Positions 1 to 12,900 of a DNA stretch of 64,000 bases are shown one piece after another (position 1 is the first letter of the stretch; each line of letters starts with the position of its first letter). The position numbers and the translations under genes were made by a program. Source of the DNA: Scenedesmus sp. PABB004 (taxonomy: Eukaryota); NCBI GenBank assembly GCA_014905635.1, contig JABVCE010000002.1, positions 62,001-126,000 of the forward strand, in the 5' to 3' direction. The notes beneath the pieces were generated by a model, which was not told the DNA's origin, did not search any database, and worked only from the letters and a program-made list of their open reading frames with translations.

Positions 1-265
1 GCGCGATGGCCTGCGCGAGCTCGCCCACGACCGGCGCGGGCGCGCGCGCCGCGAGCGCGGGCGCGCCCGGCAGCAGCAGCGACAGCGCAGCCGCCGCGGC
101 CGCGGCGCCGAGCGCCAGCGCGCTGCGCTGCTGGGGCGGCGGCTGCTGCTGCTGCTGCTGCTGGGGCTGGCGCGGCGCCGCGCGGCACACCGCGCGCGCG
201 CCGCTCCGCTGCGGCGCCGCGCGGGCCGCCGCGGCGCCGCGCTGCTGGTGGCACAGGACGCGCAT
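1..265 (-). CDS. 5' part of a probable plastid/thylakoid-lumen-targeted protein (runs off the window)
   Basis: ATG at 265; MRVLCHQQRGAAAARAAPQRSGARAVCRAAP...ALALGAAAAAAALSLLLPGAPALA-ARAPAPVVGELAQAIA: Arg/Ala-rich transit peptide, hydrophobic stretch and A-x-A site. Confidence 0.6.
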   Translation of the reverse strand, partial: MRVLCHQQRGAAAARAAPQRSGARAVCRAAPRQPQQQQQQQPPPQQRSALALGAAAAAAALSLLLPGAPALAARAPAPVVGELAQAIA

Positions 266-821
266 CTCCGCTGCCCGCGGTCACAGCCTGCGGGCGAGGA
301 TGAGGGGCGGCAGACGGTGTCGGCGCGGGCAATGAGGCTGCGTCGCGGGTCCGCCGGCGAGCCGCGGCGCGCAGGCGGCGCGCCGCTGCTGCCGCGGCGC
401 CCGGCGGCCCGCTGGCCGCGGCGCCAATCTCAGCAGACAGACTGCTCCAGATCTCTCGTCGGGCGGCAGCCGGTGAGCCCCGGCCGGCCCGGACTCGGTC
501 GGGCGAGCAGCAGCAGCCGCACTCGGGCCGAGTGCGGCTGCTCTGCGACGCGCCCCGGCCACGCCCCTCGCACGAGCGCATCCCGATGGCCCCCAGCAGC
601 ACGCACCTGATGCGCGGAGCTGAGAGCCGGCTGCTGCCGCTGCTGCCGCTGCTGACGGCGGCGGCGGCCGGCGTGGGGGCTGCGCGCTGGCGGCTGCTGT
701 CGCGGTGCCGCCGGGCGGTGGGAGTAGGGCGTGCGGGACCGGGCACCTGCTGGCCGGCTGCCGCCAACAGGGCACGCCACGCTGAACCGCCGTTACGCGC
801 TCGGCCCACCACCACGCCGCG

Positions 822-2223
822 TCACCGCCGCTTCTTGCCGCCCCCGGCCGCCTTCTTCCTGCCGCCCCCGCCGCCGCCGCCGGCGCCGCCCTTGCGCGCG
901 GCGGCGAGCTGCTGCGCCGCGTGCGCCGCGGCGTCGACGCGCGGGCGCGTCGGCAGCGCGGTCGTGAGCCAGAGCTGGAAGACAAACTTCTCGGCGCCCG
1001 GCTCCGCGTCCTCCGCGGTGTGCAGCGTCCGCGCGTCGGGCATGCCGCCGGAAAAGGCGGGGAAGAAGAGCAGCGCGCGCCCCCGCGCCGGCGCCACGGC
1101 GACGCCGCAGTGCTCGAAGCGCGTGCGGCCGCCGGAGGGGACGTCGTTCAAATACACCAGCAGCGTGCCGCGGCGCTGGTAGCCCTTGGCCAGCGCGACC
1201 GACGCGGGGAAGCCGTCCTCGTGGGCGAGAAAGTGCTGCCCTGGCGGGCGGGCCGGGGGCTCGTGTGCGCGTGAGTGCGCGCGCACGGGGAGGCGCGGGC
1301 GCGAGTCGCGCGCGCGCGGCGACCAAGGAACGGCGCGGGGCGGCGCGGCGCGGGCGCCCCCCCCCCCCCCCCCCCGCGGCGGCGGCGGCGGCGGCGGCGC
1401 CGCACCGGGCAGGTAGTGCGCGACCTGGGGGAGCTCCGGCGCGAGCTGCGTCGGCGACGTGGGCCGCGCGAACGACGCCGCGCCGGCCGCGAGCGCCGAG
1501 CAGTCGAGCCCCGGGCCGCCGACGAGCGCGCCCGCGCGCGCCAGCACCGCGTCGAGCAGCGGCCCGAGCTCCGGCACGGCCGCGACGACGTCGCGCGTGA
1601 GCGCGAGCGTGCTGCTCGTGCGCACGTCGGCGGGGCCGCCGGCGCCGCCGACGGCGCTCGCGGCCATGCGCCCCGAGGCCGCCGCCGCGGCGACGAGCGC
1701 GTCGCACGCGTCGGGCGGCAGGAAGCCGTCCACGGTGATGACGGGCGGGTCGATGTTGAGCACGCGCAGCCCCGGGTGGGCCAGGTTCACGGGGAGGTAG
1801 CCCTTCGCGAGGCTCGCGCTGAAGCCCGACAGCGCGTCGGCCGGCTGCGTCGCGGGGTCGAGCCCGCCCGCGTCGAGCAGCGCCGGCGAGATGCGCACGA
1901 TCTCGGTCGGCGGCCCGCCGACGGCGCGCGCGCCGGGCGGCGCCGCCGGCGCGGGCGGCGGCGGCGGCGGCTCCTCGGCTGCTGCGGCGGAGTCGGTGGC
2001 GGCGGCGGGTGAGCGGCGCCGCCGGGCAGCTGCAGCGGCGGGCTGCTGTCACCCCGCTGGCGGGCGCACCTGCGCGCACGGCCGGCGCGCGCCGCGGGCG
2101 GGCGCGCGCCGGCGGCGCCGCTGCCGCTGCTGCTGGCCGGGCGGCGCAGCCGCAGCGCTGCGGCTGCTCCCGCCGCAGCGACGACGAGCAAGCCAAGCGA
2201 CCGGACGCCAGCGGCAGCTCCAT
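822..2223 (-). CDS. Prolyl 4-hydroxylase-like 2OG-Fe(II) oxygenase, 3 exons, transit peptide
   Basis: LRVLNIDPPVITVDGFLPPDACDALV, RTSST, QVAHYLPG|QHFLAHEDGF (HxD), RGTLLVYLNDVPSGGRTRF, GRALLFFP, TLHTAE, EKFVFQLW; introns ~1985-2068 and ~1242-1405. Confidence 0.85.
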
Positions 2224-2609
2224 TGGGCGCGAGCCCGCGAGGCCGGCAGCGGGCGCGGGCCGCCGCCGTCGAGCGCCGACGCTTTGCGGGCTGACCCTGC
2301 GTGCTTTCGATGAGCTGAGCTGAGCTACGAACGCGTGGGTGGCCCGGCGCATCAATGCGCAGCCCAAGCCAGCTGGACGGCGGCGGCGGTGCACGCGCGC
2401 TGCACCGCCCGCGACGCGTCTCAGCCCGGCCCCGTCCCGCGCTGCTGGGCAGCTGGCGGCGAGCGCTGCCGGTGCTGTGCTGTGCGATGCTGGCCTGCGG
2501 CGTCTGCGCAGCCGCGCGCGTCCGCCTTGCACGGTCGGCCGAGCAATCGCTGTTGCCGGCACGCTCGCAGGCCGCTCTCGCACGCACACGCACACCCGGC
2601 CAGGCCGAC

Positions 2610-4356
2610 TCACGCGCTGCTGGGCGCCGCCGCCGCCGCCGCCGCCGCTGCGGCGGGCCGCGCCGCGCGCCGCCGGCGCGCCCAGCGCTCGCCCGGCGCG
2701 GCGGCGCGGCGGCGCCTGCGGCGGCGGCGGCGCCGTCGCCGCCGCCGTCGCCCGCCGCGGCGGCCGCCGCGGCCTGCTGCTGCTGCTGCTGCACGGCCGC
2801 CATCGGCCCCGCCTCCGCCGCCGCCGCCGCGGCCGCGGCGTCGGCCTCGACCGCCGCGACAAACGCGGCGCTCGGCGCCCACGCGCCGTCCTCGCCCGCG
2901 GGCGCGCCGAGGCGCCGCGCCGTGCCGACGCGCGTGATGGGGCCGAGCTCGTTGACCTGCACGTCCGCGCCGCCGAGCTTGCGCAGCCAGAGCTGCACGC
3001 CCGTCGTGAGCGCGGTGTTGCTGAGGTAGTACAGCCCCAGGCCGCTGGGCACGTTGAGCGCAAACCAGCCGACCATGAGGGGCAGGAGCGCGTAGAGCGC
3101 GCGCTGCGTGCCCGCGTTCTCCGCGTTGGGGTCGATCGGCGGCGACACGATCGCGCTGGAGACGTACTGGCACGCCACGAGCAGCGCGGGCAGCACGAGG
3201 TACGCGGACGCGTCGTGCCACCCGATCGGCGGCGCGCCGTCGACGAGCGGGAGCAGCCACTCGGTGCCGCGCGCCGCGACGCTCGTGGGGCCGGCGAGGC
3301 TGGGGATCCAGTAGAAGCCCTGGGGGGGGGGGGGGGGGGAGGGGGGGGGGGGGGGGCGCGGCGCGCGCGCGGGCGCGTGGGCTGGGTGCGGGGCGGCGGG
3401 CCGCGGCGCCGACGCGGCCCCGCGCCCGCGCGCGCCGGCCCTGCCTCGCCCCCGCAGCGCCGGGCGCGCGCGCCTGCGTGTCGAGCAGGCCCTCGCTGGC
3501 CACGTTGGTGAGGGAGCGGTAGAGGCCGATGAAGATGGGGATCGTGCCCAGCGACGGCAGGCAGCCTGCGGGGGGCGGTGCCAGCTCAGCGCAGCGCCCG
3601 CGGCGCCCGCGGCGGCCGCTGCGGCAGCGGGGCGGCCGCGGGGCGCGGCAGCGGGGCGGCAGCGCCCCCCCCCCCCCCCCCCCGCCTCTCTGCCGCCCGC
3701 GCGCGCGCACCCGCGAGCGGGTTGACGCCGGCCTGCTCGTACAGGAAGTTGGTCTCGCGCTGGATCTTGGCCTTGTCGTCGCCGTAGCGCGCCTTGATCA
3801 TCTCCACGCGCGGCTTGAGCGACTGCACCGCCATCGACGACTCCACCTGCGCGCCGCCGCCGCGCGCGGTGGGTCGGCGCCGCCGCTGGCACCGCCGCTC
3901 GGCGCGCGCCGCCGCTGGCGCCGCCGCTGCCGCTCTTGCTGCCGCCCGCGCCGCCGCGCGCCTGCTTCTTGGTGAGCGGGAGCGTGACGAGCTTGACGAT
4001 CGCGGTGAGGATGATGATCGAGTAGCCGTAGCTGTAGGGCACGTGCAGCCGGTCCAGCTGCGCCTGGATGGACTTGAGCACGCCCTCCAGCGTGTTGGTG
4101 AGCGGCGCGAGGAAGCCGCCGTCGTCCGCGGCGCCAGCGGCGCCCGCGCCCGCGCCCGCCGCCGCCGCGTCGGCGAGGTCCCAGGCCGCCGCCAGGTGGG
4201 CGTGCAGGTCGGCGGCCGCCTCAGCGGCGCCCGGGAGCGCGGCGGGCGGGGCGGGCGCGCGCGGGGCGCGCGGGCAGAGGGGCCGCGGACGCCCGCTGCT
4301 GCTGCTGCCCGCGCGCCGGCCGGCGCTGGCCGCAGGGCGCGGCGCGTCAGCATCAT
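2610..4356 (-). CDS. ALB3: ALB3/YidC/Oxa1 thylakoid membrane insertase, 4 exons (apparent frameshifts near both termini)
   Basis: LHVPYSYGYSIIILTAIVKLVTLPLTKKQ|VESSMAVQSLKP...QRETNFLYEQAGVNPLAGCLPSLGTIPIFIGLYRSL...GFYWIPSLAGPT...LPLMVGWFALNVPSGLGLYYLSN. Confidence 0.92.
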
Positions 4357-4995
4357 GGCGATGCGGCCTGCCAATCCGGCGAGCGCGCCGGGCGCCTGGA
4401 CTTGCTGGCGCGCGCCGGGCGTCGAGGACTCGCGGCGATGTCCGACAGCCTGGCGCGCTGCGGGCGGGGCGGGCTCTCGGCGCGGCGGTGAAGCGGTGGC
4501 TGCCTCCCGAGCGCGCCGCGCGGGGAGATCTTGAAGCGGCGGCGCCGGCGGGGCGCAGGGCGCAACGGGCGCGGGCGGGGCGCAACGGGCGCGGGCGCGG
4601 TCGAGCTGCGGCGGAGGCCGCAGGGGCCACCTCCGGCCCGGTGCGACGGGCAGGCCCGGCCCCGCCCGCGTCGCCGCCGCGCCGCGCCGCGCCGCGCTGC
4701 GGCGGCGCGCGCCTGCCGCCGGTGACGCTCGCTTGTGTGCCCGGCGCGCCGCACGTCCGGCGTGGGCGGGCGTGGCTGCGACCCACGCCGGTGCGGCACG
4801 CCGGTTGCTCTCACCCGGCGGCGGCGCGGGGACGGGCAGGCGGGCGGGCGCCGCCGCCGCCGCGCGCGCCGCGCGGCGAGGGGCCCCTGCGCTCCGCCCG
4901 CGCGTGCGCACTCCCCAGCACCGGCCCCGACGCCCAGCACCGCGCCTGCCAGCCCGCTGGCCCGCGCCGGCCCGCTCGGCGCGCCGCGCGCCGAA

Positions 4996-7900
4996 ATGGC
5001 GCCCTCGCCGGCGAAACGAGTGTACACGGGCGTCATGAAGCACGCCGGCGTGCTGCTGGCCCTGCCCGCGCTGGCGGCCCTGCTGGTGCGCGCGAGCAGC
5101 CCGCGGCCGCGTGCGCCGTGCGCCCCGCGCCGCGCCGGGGGCGGGCGTTGTGTGGCAGGGGCGTCGTGATGGGGTCGACTCGCCGCGGCGCGGGGCGCCG
5201 GGCGCGCCAGGCGGCCGGCCGGCCGGCCGCGGGGGCAGCCCCCGCGGGCGCCGCGCCGCACCCGGCGCCCGCCAGCGCCCGGCGCCGCGGCATGTGCCTG
5301 CCCGGAGGCGTCGGGAGGGGCGTGGGACGGCCTGCGGGGCGCCGATTGGCGGGGAGCGCGCGCTAACAGCGGGATGGCGCCCGGGTTGGTTGCCGCGCCG
5401 CAGGCGCACCTGCGCCCCCTCCACGCCGCGGGCGATCTGGAGCGCTACCTGGACGCCGTGCTCAACACAACGGCGCCCATGAACGTGGTGCGTGGCGCGC
5501 GCGGCGCGGCGGACGGCGCCGCCGCTGCTGCGCTGCGCGCCGGCGCGCGCAGTGTCGCTGCGCTGGGTGCCGCCCGCCGCGCTGTGCGCCGCCCGCCGCT
5601 CTGTGCGCCGCCCGCCGCTCTGTGCGCCGCCCGGCGCTCCGGCCGCCCACGGCCGCCCGTCGCGCCGCGCCCGCCGCAGGCGCTGGTCGCCGCGCTCACG
5701 GTCGTGGCGGCGGTCGCGGTGCTCAAGTGCAACTTTGCCCGCCCGAGCGAGCCGGTCTACCTGGTCGACTTTGCGGTGCACAAGGGCCTGGACGAGTGGA
5801 AGTTCCGGAAGGACCTCTTCATCCCCATGAGCGCGCAGACCGGGGTGCGGCGCGCGCGCCCGCCGGGCGGCGCGCTGCGCAGGCGTCCTGCGAGCGGGCG
5901 CTCGCAGGCCCGGCCGACGCGCGCGCGCCCGACGCGCGCTCGCAGCGCTTCACCGACGAGGAGCTGGACTTTCAGAAGAAGATCCTCTACCGCTCGGGCC
6001 TGGGCGACGAGACGCACGTGCCGCCTTGTGAGCGCGCCGGCGCGGCGCGGCGCAGCCGCGGCGGCAGCGCCCGGCGGGGCCAGCGCGCCGCCGCGCCCCG
6101 CGCGGCGCAGCAGCGCTCACGCCGGGGGCCGCCCGGGCGCGCCCGCGGCCGTGCGCAGGGCTGTACTCCAAGCCCCAGTTCTTTGACTACAAGCACGCGC
6201 GCAAGGAGTTTGAGATCACCTGCTTCTCGGCCATCAGCGACCTGTTCAAGAAGACGGGTGCGCCGCGCCGCGCGGCCGCGGGCGCAGCAGCCGCGGGCGC
6301 GGCAGGCCCGGCAGCAGGGCGCAGCAGCAGGGCGCAGCAGGCGGCGGCGCGCTCCGGCGGCGGCGCGCTCCGGCGGCGGGCGTGCTCACGCGCGCCGCGG
6401 CTGCGACGCCGCCCCGGGCGTCCGCGCAGGCGTGTCGCCGCGGCAGGTCGCTGTGGTCATCACCAACAGCAGCCTGTTCAACCCCACGCCCAGCCTGAGC
6501 GCGACGATCATGAACCACTACGGCATGCCCCACACGACGCTCAACTACAACCTCGGCGGCATGGGCTGCTCCGCGGGCGTCGTCGCCATCGACCTCGCGC
6601 GCCAGGTGCTGCAGCTCATCCCCAACTCGTACGCCCTCGTGGTGCGCCGCGCCGCGCGCTCGGGCGCGGGCCGCGCGCGCGGCCGCCGGGGCGCGCCGGC
6701 CGCGCGCCGCCGACCCGCCGCCGACCCGCCGCCCGCCCGCCCGCCCGCGCGCCCGCGCGCGCTGCCCGCGCCGCTGCCGCCAGGTGAGCCACGAGAACCT
6801 GACCAACAACTGGTACCCCGGGTGCGACCGCAGCATGCTCGTGCCCAACTGCATCTTCCGCAGCAACGGCGCCGCGGTGCTGCTGAGCAACCGGCGGTCC
6901 GAGGGCTGGCGGGCCAAGTACCGCCTCGCGCACGTCGTGCGCACGACGGTCAGCAGCGACGAGGCGTTCCAGTGCGTGTACCAGATGGAGGACGAGCGCG
7001 GCATCCGCGGCGTGCGGCTGGGCAAGGAGCTCATGGCGGTCGCGGGCCGGGCGCTCAAGGTCAACATGACGCGCCTCGGCCCGCGCGTGCTGCCGCTGAG
7101 CGAGCAGCTGCTGTTTGCGGCCAACGCCGTCGCGCGCGCGCTGCTGGGGTCCAAGGCGGTGCAGCCCTACATCCCCGACTTTGGCCTCGCGTTTGACCAC
7201 ATCTGCATCCACACAGGTCGGCGCGCGCGTGGAGCGGGGCGGGCAGGGCGGGCAGGGCGGCTGCCGCCCGTGCGGCGCGGCCGCCGCTGGCGCTGCGCCC
7301 CACGCCCACGCCGCCGGGCCTGCCGCCGCGGCGCCGCGCAGGCGGGCGCGCGGTGCTGGACACGATGGAGAAGCAGCTGGGCCTCAGCGACAAGCTCATG
7401 GAGCCCAGCCGGGCGAGCCTCTACCGCTTCGGCAACGTCAGCAGCACCAGCATCTGGTGCGCGCTCTGCTGCGCGGGCGGGCGCGCGGGCGCGCGGGCCG
7501 ACCAGGCGGCGAGCCGCGGCTCGCCGACGCCGCGGCGGCCGCCCCCGCCCACGACGCCGCGGCGGCCGCCCCCGCAGGTACGTGCTCGCGTACATTGAGA
7601 GCTTCCGGGGCGTGCGGCGCGGCGAGCGCGTGTGGCAGCTCGGCTTCGGCTCGGGTGCGGGCGCGACGCGCGCGCGGCGGCTCCCCGGCGGTGTGGACCG
7701 CCGCCCGCGGCAGCGGCGTCGGACGCGCGACGCTGACGCCGCCGCGCTGCCCCGCTCACGCGCGCGCCCCAGGCTTCAAGGTCAACAGCGCCGTGTGGGT
7801 GGCCAACAAGCGCAACCAGGGCGTGCACGCGGCGTGGGAGGGCTTTGACGCGAGCCAAATGCGCGCCGAGTTTGCCGAGGCCGAGGCGGAGAAGCGCGCG

Positions 7901-8068
7901 TACCTCGCGGCCAAGGCCGCCGCGGCGAGCGACGGCGGCGCCGCCAGCGACGGCGGCGCCGTTGCCAACGGCGCCGCAAACGGCGCCGCGCCCGCGCCGG
8001 CCTCGCCCGCGGCGACGGCCAAGGCCACGGTCACGACGCGCAGCCTGCGCTCGCGCGCCAAGGCCTGA
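4996..8068 (+). CDS. 3-ketoacyl-CoA synthase (FAE1/KCS very-long-chain fatty acid elongase), about 9 exons
   Basis: [63 protein letters not shown] (catalytic Cys), [48 protein letters not shown]. Confidence 0.95.
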
Positions 8069-9424
8069 GCCGGCGGCGGCGCCGCCGGCCCTGGCTCCTG
8101 CGGCGGCGGCGGCGGCGGCAGCGGCGGCGGCCCGCGCCACCCCCGCGCAGTGCAGCCGGCCGGGCGTTGCTTGCGCCCTTTGTTTTGTTCCCCCCTCTCT
8201 CCCTCTCGCACTGCAGGGCCGCGCCATCTTTTAGCAGCAGGCGCCTGCTGCCGCGGCGCGCGATCACTGTGCTTCGCCCAGGCGGCCCTCGGGGGCGCGA
8301 TCGTGCGGCCAGCGCGAGAGTGGGTGCGGGCGTGGGCGTGTGCTGCGCGCGCCGCGCGGCACGAGCGCGGCCGCAGCGACGACGAGAGGCCCCGCGGCGC
8401 GCCGCGCGTGGTGCATGGGGGGTGTGCGTGGGCGTGCGGCAGCGTGCATCATGCCCGACCTGGCGCGGTCGGCCGAGGGCGCGGGGTCGCGGCGGCCGCA
8501 AGGTCGGGAGGCGCGCGCCGCGCGTGAGCGCGCGCGCGCCGACCGTCGCCCCGCCCAACCCTTGACTGGGACTCTCTGCGCGCTGAGGTCGCCGACGGTC
8601 GCACCCGCACCCCGCGCCCGCCCTGGGTTTTTGCTGGCCACGTGTGCATAGTCTCGCCCGCGCCGCGCATCCCGCGCGCGGGGCTGTGGTGTGCACGCTG
8701 CGCAGCGCAGATTTTCGGCGATCATCACTCTGTGGGCTGCAGCAGCTGGGCTCGGGGCTCGGGGCAGGCGTGACGTGACCTGCAACTGCCGGACGAGCGA
8801 GCGAGCGCGAGTTGCACGACGCCGCATGCGCAGCAGGCGAGCCCGCCACCCGCGCCAGCCAGCCCCACACTAACGCGCCGAGCGCGCCCCCGCACACGCC
8901 CTGGCCACACGCCCCGCTCGCCGCGCGGCGAGCGGGATGGCTTCAACCAGGGGGCGCGAGCGGCTGCGGCGCCAACAAACAGAACATCAAGAGCATCCCT
9001 GCGCCAGGCCACCCTAGAGCATCCACGCTGCCTGCGCTGGCGGGGTCGGCGCGAGCGGGCCGCCGCCGCAGGCGGCGGCCGCGCTCGCGCGTCACAGCCC
9101 AGCGGCAGAGCAGCGCTTCATCAAGGGTGCCCAGCTCTAGCGCCCAGGTCGCGGCTGCTTTCCAGCAGGCGCACGAGTGGGCGCGTCGGCGTCGGCGCGG
9201 CTCTCTCATGTACACAGGCAGGCGCCGCCGCGGGCGCGTTTGCGGGCGCGCGGCGGGCGCCTGGGATGATGCGAGACCAATCAAAAACACTCGTGCTCGG
9301 CCGCATGCGGGCCACGAGGGAGAGGCAGGGTCAGGCGCTGGCATGGCTGCGCCCGCAGCCACGACACAACCACAGTAGGAGCCTTTGACCACAACCGCGG
9401 CCACCAAACGCAGCCAACAAGGCC

Positions 9425-11280
9425 TCACACGTTGACGTTCACGACGAAGCACGTGGCCGCCTCCTCCGCGGCGCGCGCCTTGACGACAGCGTCCGGCGCG
9501 GCCGCCGCCGCGCCGTCGCCCGGTGCGGCCGCCGCCGCGCCGTCGCCCGGTGCGGCCACCGCTGCCGCCTGCTGCGCACGGCGGTCGCACAGCCCCGCCG
9601 CCGCGGCCTCGGCGTCGAGCACGCGCAGCGCGCGCGCCAGCCGCTGCGCGCCGCTCGCCGAGGACGTGCTGCCGGCGCTGTAGCAGCCGCCGCACGACGC
9701 GGCGAGTGGCCCGCCGTCCGCGCCGGCGCCGGCGCAGCAGTCGAGCGGCACCGCCAGGCAGCGGCGCTCGCGGCGCAGGCGCTCGCGCACCGCGGGCGCG
9801 GGGGCAAGCTCGAAGAGCTTGCCCACCGCCTCGACCGCGAGCGCGGCGCAGTCGTCGCGCGCGCCGCCGGCCTCGGCCGCGGCCGCGGCGGCGAGGTCGC
9901 GCCGCTGCGCGTCCATGTCGGCCAGCGCGGCCGCGAAGCGCGGCGGCAGCGGGCGCGTGAACCAGGGGTGCGCCCTGACGCCCGCGAGGCTGATGCGCGC
10001 GTCCTCGTCGGGGTGCAGCAGCTGGTCCAGCAGGTCCTGCGCGTCGGCGCTGACCGCCACGAGGCCGCGCCCGCCCGCGTCCTTCCACGTGTGCGCGGCC
10101 TCGAGCTGGTGCAGCATCAGCAGCGCCTCCGCGGGCGGCAGTAGCGGCGCGAAGCTGTCGTAGCCGTACGGCAGCGCGCGGTGCAGCATGTAGTGCAGCA
10201 GCGCGCCGAGCGCCCAGATGTCGGCCTTGCGCGCGTCGTAGCTGCGCTGCGAGTCCCTGCTCCCGCTGTGGCGGCTCGCGTCGTCGTCGCTGCTGCCCGG
10301 CTCGTGCTGCTGCGCGTAGTGGCTGCTGTTCTGCGCGCCCGGCGACGCCGCGGCGCCGTTGAACATGCTCGCCAGCACCTGCGGCGCCATGAAGCCTGCG
10401 CGGCGCGGCGCGCGGCAGGTGAGCGCGGCGCCGCGCCGCGCGCACACGCCCCGCCGCCCAGCCCCGCGCTGCGCGCCTCGCACGCCGCGCACCGGGCGTG
10501 CCGACAAACGTCTCGCTGCGCAGCGGCGCGCCCTTGGCCCAGTGCCGGGCGGTGCCGAGGTCGCAGAGCACGAGGCGCGGCGCGGGGCCGCGCGCCGCGA
10601 GCAGCACGTTCTGCAGCTTCATGTCGCGGTACGCGACCCTGCTGCGGTGCAGGTGCTCCAGCACGCTGACCAGCTGGTGCAGGAAGAAGCGGGCGGTGTC
10701 CTCGTCCACGCGGCGCGAGCGGCAGAAGGCCTCCAGCGTGCCGCCGCTGCACTGCTCCAGCACCAGCTGCAGGCTCCCACCCGTCAGCCGCGCCTGGGAC
10801 GGCGGTGGAAGGGGCGGGAGCGCGCGAGCGTGAGCGAGTCGGCGAGCCCGCCGCCCTCACCCGTGGGTGAGCGAGCCGGCCGAGCGCGAGCTGCGCATGC
10901 CGACGCGGACGTGCCCTCCCTGCCGGGGCCCGGCGCGGCGCCCGCCCGAGCCGCGGCGGTCCCGGGGCGACGATACGGCCCGGGATCGGCCCCCGGGTCG
11001 GCCAATCGCGCACCTCCACAGGCCGAACGAGGTTGGGGTGCGTGCCCAGCGCTGCGAGCGCGAGGCACTCCCTCTCCATCATGCTGACCACCCAGGCGGG
11101 CGCCGCCGCGGCGTCGCAGGTCTTGACGGCCACGCGGGCGCCGCGCGGCGCGCCCGGAAGCCCGCCATCCGGCCGCGCCAGCCAGACGCTGCCGCTCGCG
11201 CCCGCCCCAAGGCGCCGCAGCGCGGTGTAGCCTGCCCCCAGGTCCTCTCGGTCCCCCCGGCTGCCAAAGCAGGCCAGCAT
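9425..11280 (-). CDS. Ser/Thr protein kinase (SnRK2/CAMK-like), 3 exons
   Basis: LGAGASGSVWLA, VAVK, HPNLV, LVLEQCSGG, ARFFLHQL, YRDMKLQNVLL, CDLG, TFVGTPG|FMAPQV, YDARKADIWALG, RISLAGVRAHPWF. Confidence 0.9.
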
Positions 11281-12044
11281 GGCGCCCCCGGCCGCCCTGC
11301 CGCGTTGGGCCGGCGGCCGGCGCGTTGCGTGCGCAGCCTCAGTTACAGAGTTGTGGCGCCGTTGGTGGCGCGGGCGGGGGGCGCTCTGACCGGAGCAGTC
11401 AATGCATGCGGCATCTTTGACGGCATCTATGGGTTTTTCGCTGGTGCCGCGGTTCAGTCCCGCTGCACGCAGCGCGCGCTGCCGGTCAGCCGCGGGGCGC
11501 CGACTCGGGGCGGCGACCCGGGAGACCAAACTTGTGCGCCGCGCGCGCGGCGGCGCGGCTTGGCGCGGAGTCAAACGATCGCGCACGGGACCGCCGCGGC
11601 ATCTTTGCCGGTGAAGCCCCGCACGCTGCGAAGCGGGCACCCGCGCGTCGGGCGGCGCGTGGGCAGGCTGGTGCGGCGGCCGCCGCCCGGCCGGGCAGTG
11701 CGTCGCTGCCGAACGCTCGCGAGCTGCGCCGGCGGCGGCGTGCGTCGTCAGCCGCGCTGCCCCTGCCCTGGCTGGCTCGCACCCGCGAGCTGCGGGCTGA
11801 TCAGTCATCACCGACGTGCACGTTGCTGCCCAGCGCGCCAGCCGCCGACGCGCGCGCACGCGGCCGCCGCCCGCGCGGGCGGCGGCAGCAGCGCCGCTGC
11901 CGGTAGAACTCTGGCTCGCGCCGGCTGGCCACGCGCCTGCTCGGGCGCCGCCTGCCAGCCTGGTGGCACGCTGGTCCGCTGCAGCCTGAGGGCCGCGCGG
12001 GCGGCACAGGCAGCACGCAGCAGCAGCAGCAGCCCAGCGTGGGC

Positions 12045-12575
12045 GCCCTGCGGCGGCGAGGCAGCTCAGCTAGCGGCGGCGCCGGCGCGCGGCGCGCCGA
12101 CGCGCGCGGCGGAGGCGCCGCCTGGCGCGCGGCTCGGCCGCCGAGCGCGCGCGTGCCTGTGGCTGTGCGTTCCCGCTTGCGTGCAGCTGCTGGCCAGGAG
12201 GCGAGCAGTCGCCGCGCGTGCCGCAAAGCCGCGGCACCGAGACGCGCCCCGCCGCCGGCCCGCCTGCTGCCGAGCTGCTCCCCGAGCCCAGTCCGCCGCC
12301 CTCGCGACCGCCCCGGCTCGCTCCACTTCTGAGCGCACCCCCAGCAGCCCCGCTGTGCACCGCGGCACGGCCGCCGCCGTCGACAGCAGCGCGCGGCGCC
12401 GGCGCGCCCACGTGCAGCCAGGGCTGGGGGCGCCGCTCGCCCCGCGTGCCACGGCAGCAATTGCAAGCGTGCGGGTTCCTGGCCCGGAGCCGCGTGGACA
12501 GGCCGACGCGAGCGCGCGCCGAGCCGCCGCGGCAGCAGTGGCGGCAGCGATAGCATCACGCGCTGCCGAGCAGAT
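12045..12575 (+). repeat. 5'-flank cassette family 1, copy A
   Basis: Shared blocks CCTGCGGCGGCGAGGCAGCTCAGC, GGAGGCGCCGCCTGGCGCGCGGC, CCTGCTGCCGAGCTGCTCCC, CCCTCGCGACCGCCCC, GCCGTCGACAGCAGCG, ending GCTGCCGAGCAGATG. Confidence 0.85.
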
Positions 12576-12760
12576 GCGAGTGAGGCGCAGCTGCCTGCTG
12601 CTGCTGCTCGCCATGGCGGTCACCCTCGCTGCCCACAGCGCCGGCGGGGCCGACGCGCCCGAGAAGGTGGGCGCTGGCCTGCTGCTTTGCTGGTGGGCCC
12701 GCGCTCGCGCCGCTCGCGCGGCGGGCCTGGCGAGCTCGCCGCCCTCGCCCCTGCGCGGCG
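12574..12760 (+). pseudogene. Orphan copy of exon 1 and intron start of the Nudix gene at 26324
   Basis: MRVRRSCLLLLLAMAVTLAAHSAGGADAPEKVGAGLLLC vs MRVSCWRSCLLLLATAVALAAHGAGGADAPEKLGAGLLLC; no exon 2 follows. Confidence 0.85.
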
Positions 12761-12900
12761 AGCCGGTCGAGCGCGAGCTGCGCATGCCGACGCGGACGTG
12801 CCCTCCCTGCCGGGGCCCGGCGCGGCGCCCGCCCGAGCCGCGGCGGTCCCGGGGCGACGATACGGCCCGGGATCGGCCCCCGGGTCGGCCAATCGCGCAC

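Noticed and set aside
1357..3683. Long G/C homopolymer runs (1357-1375, 3322-3356, 3665-3683; also ~21118, ~42780, ~54126)
   Set aside because: Mostly intronic, run lengths are unreliable, and no specific function can be supported.
1787..4786. 999-aa ORF suggesting an ALB3 fusion or read-through into the P4H gene
   Set aside because: It includes introns and is out of frame with the P4H exons; better explained by indel errors.
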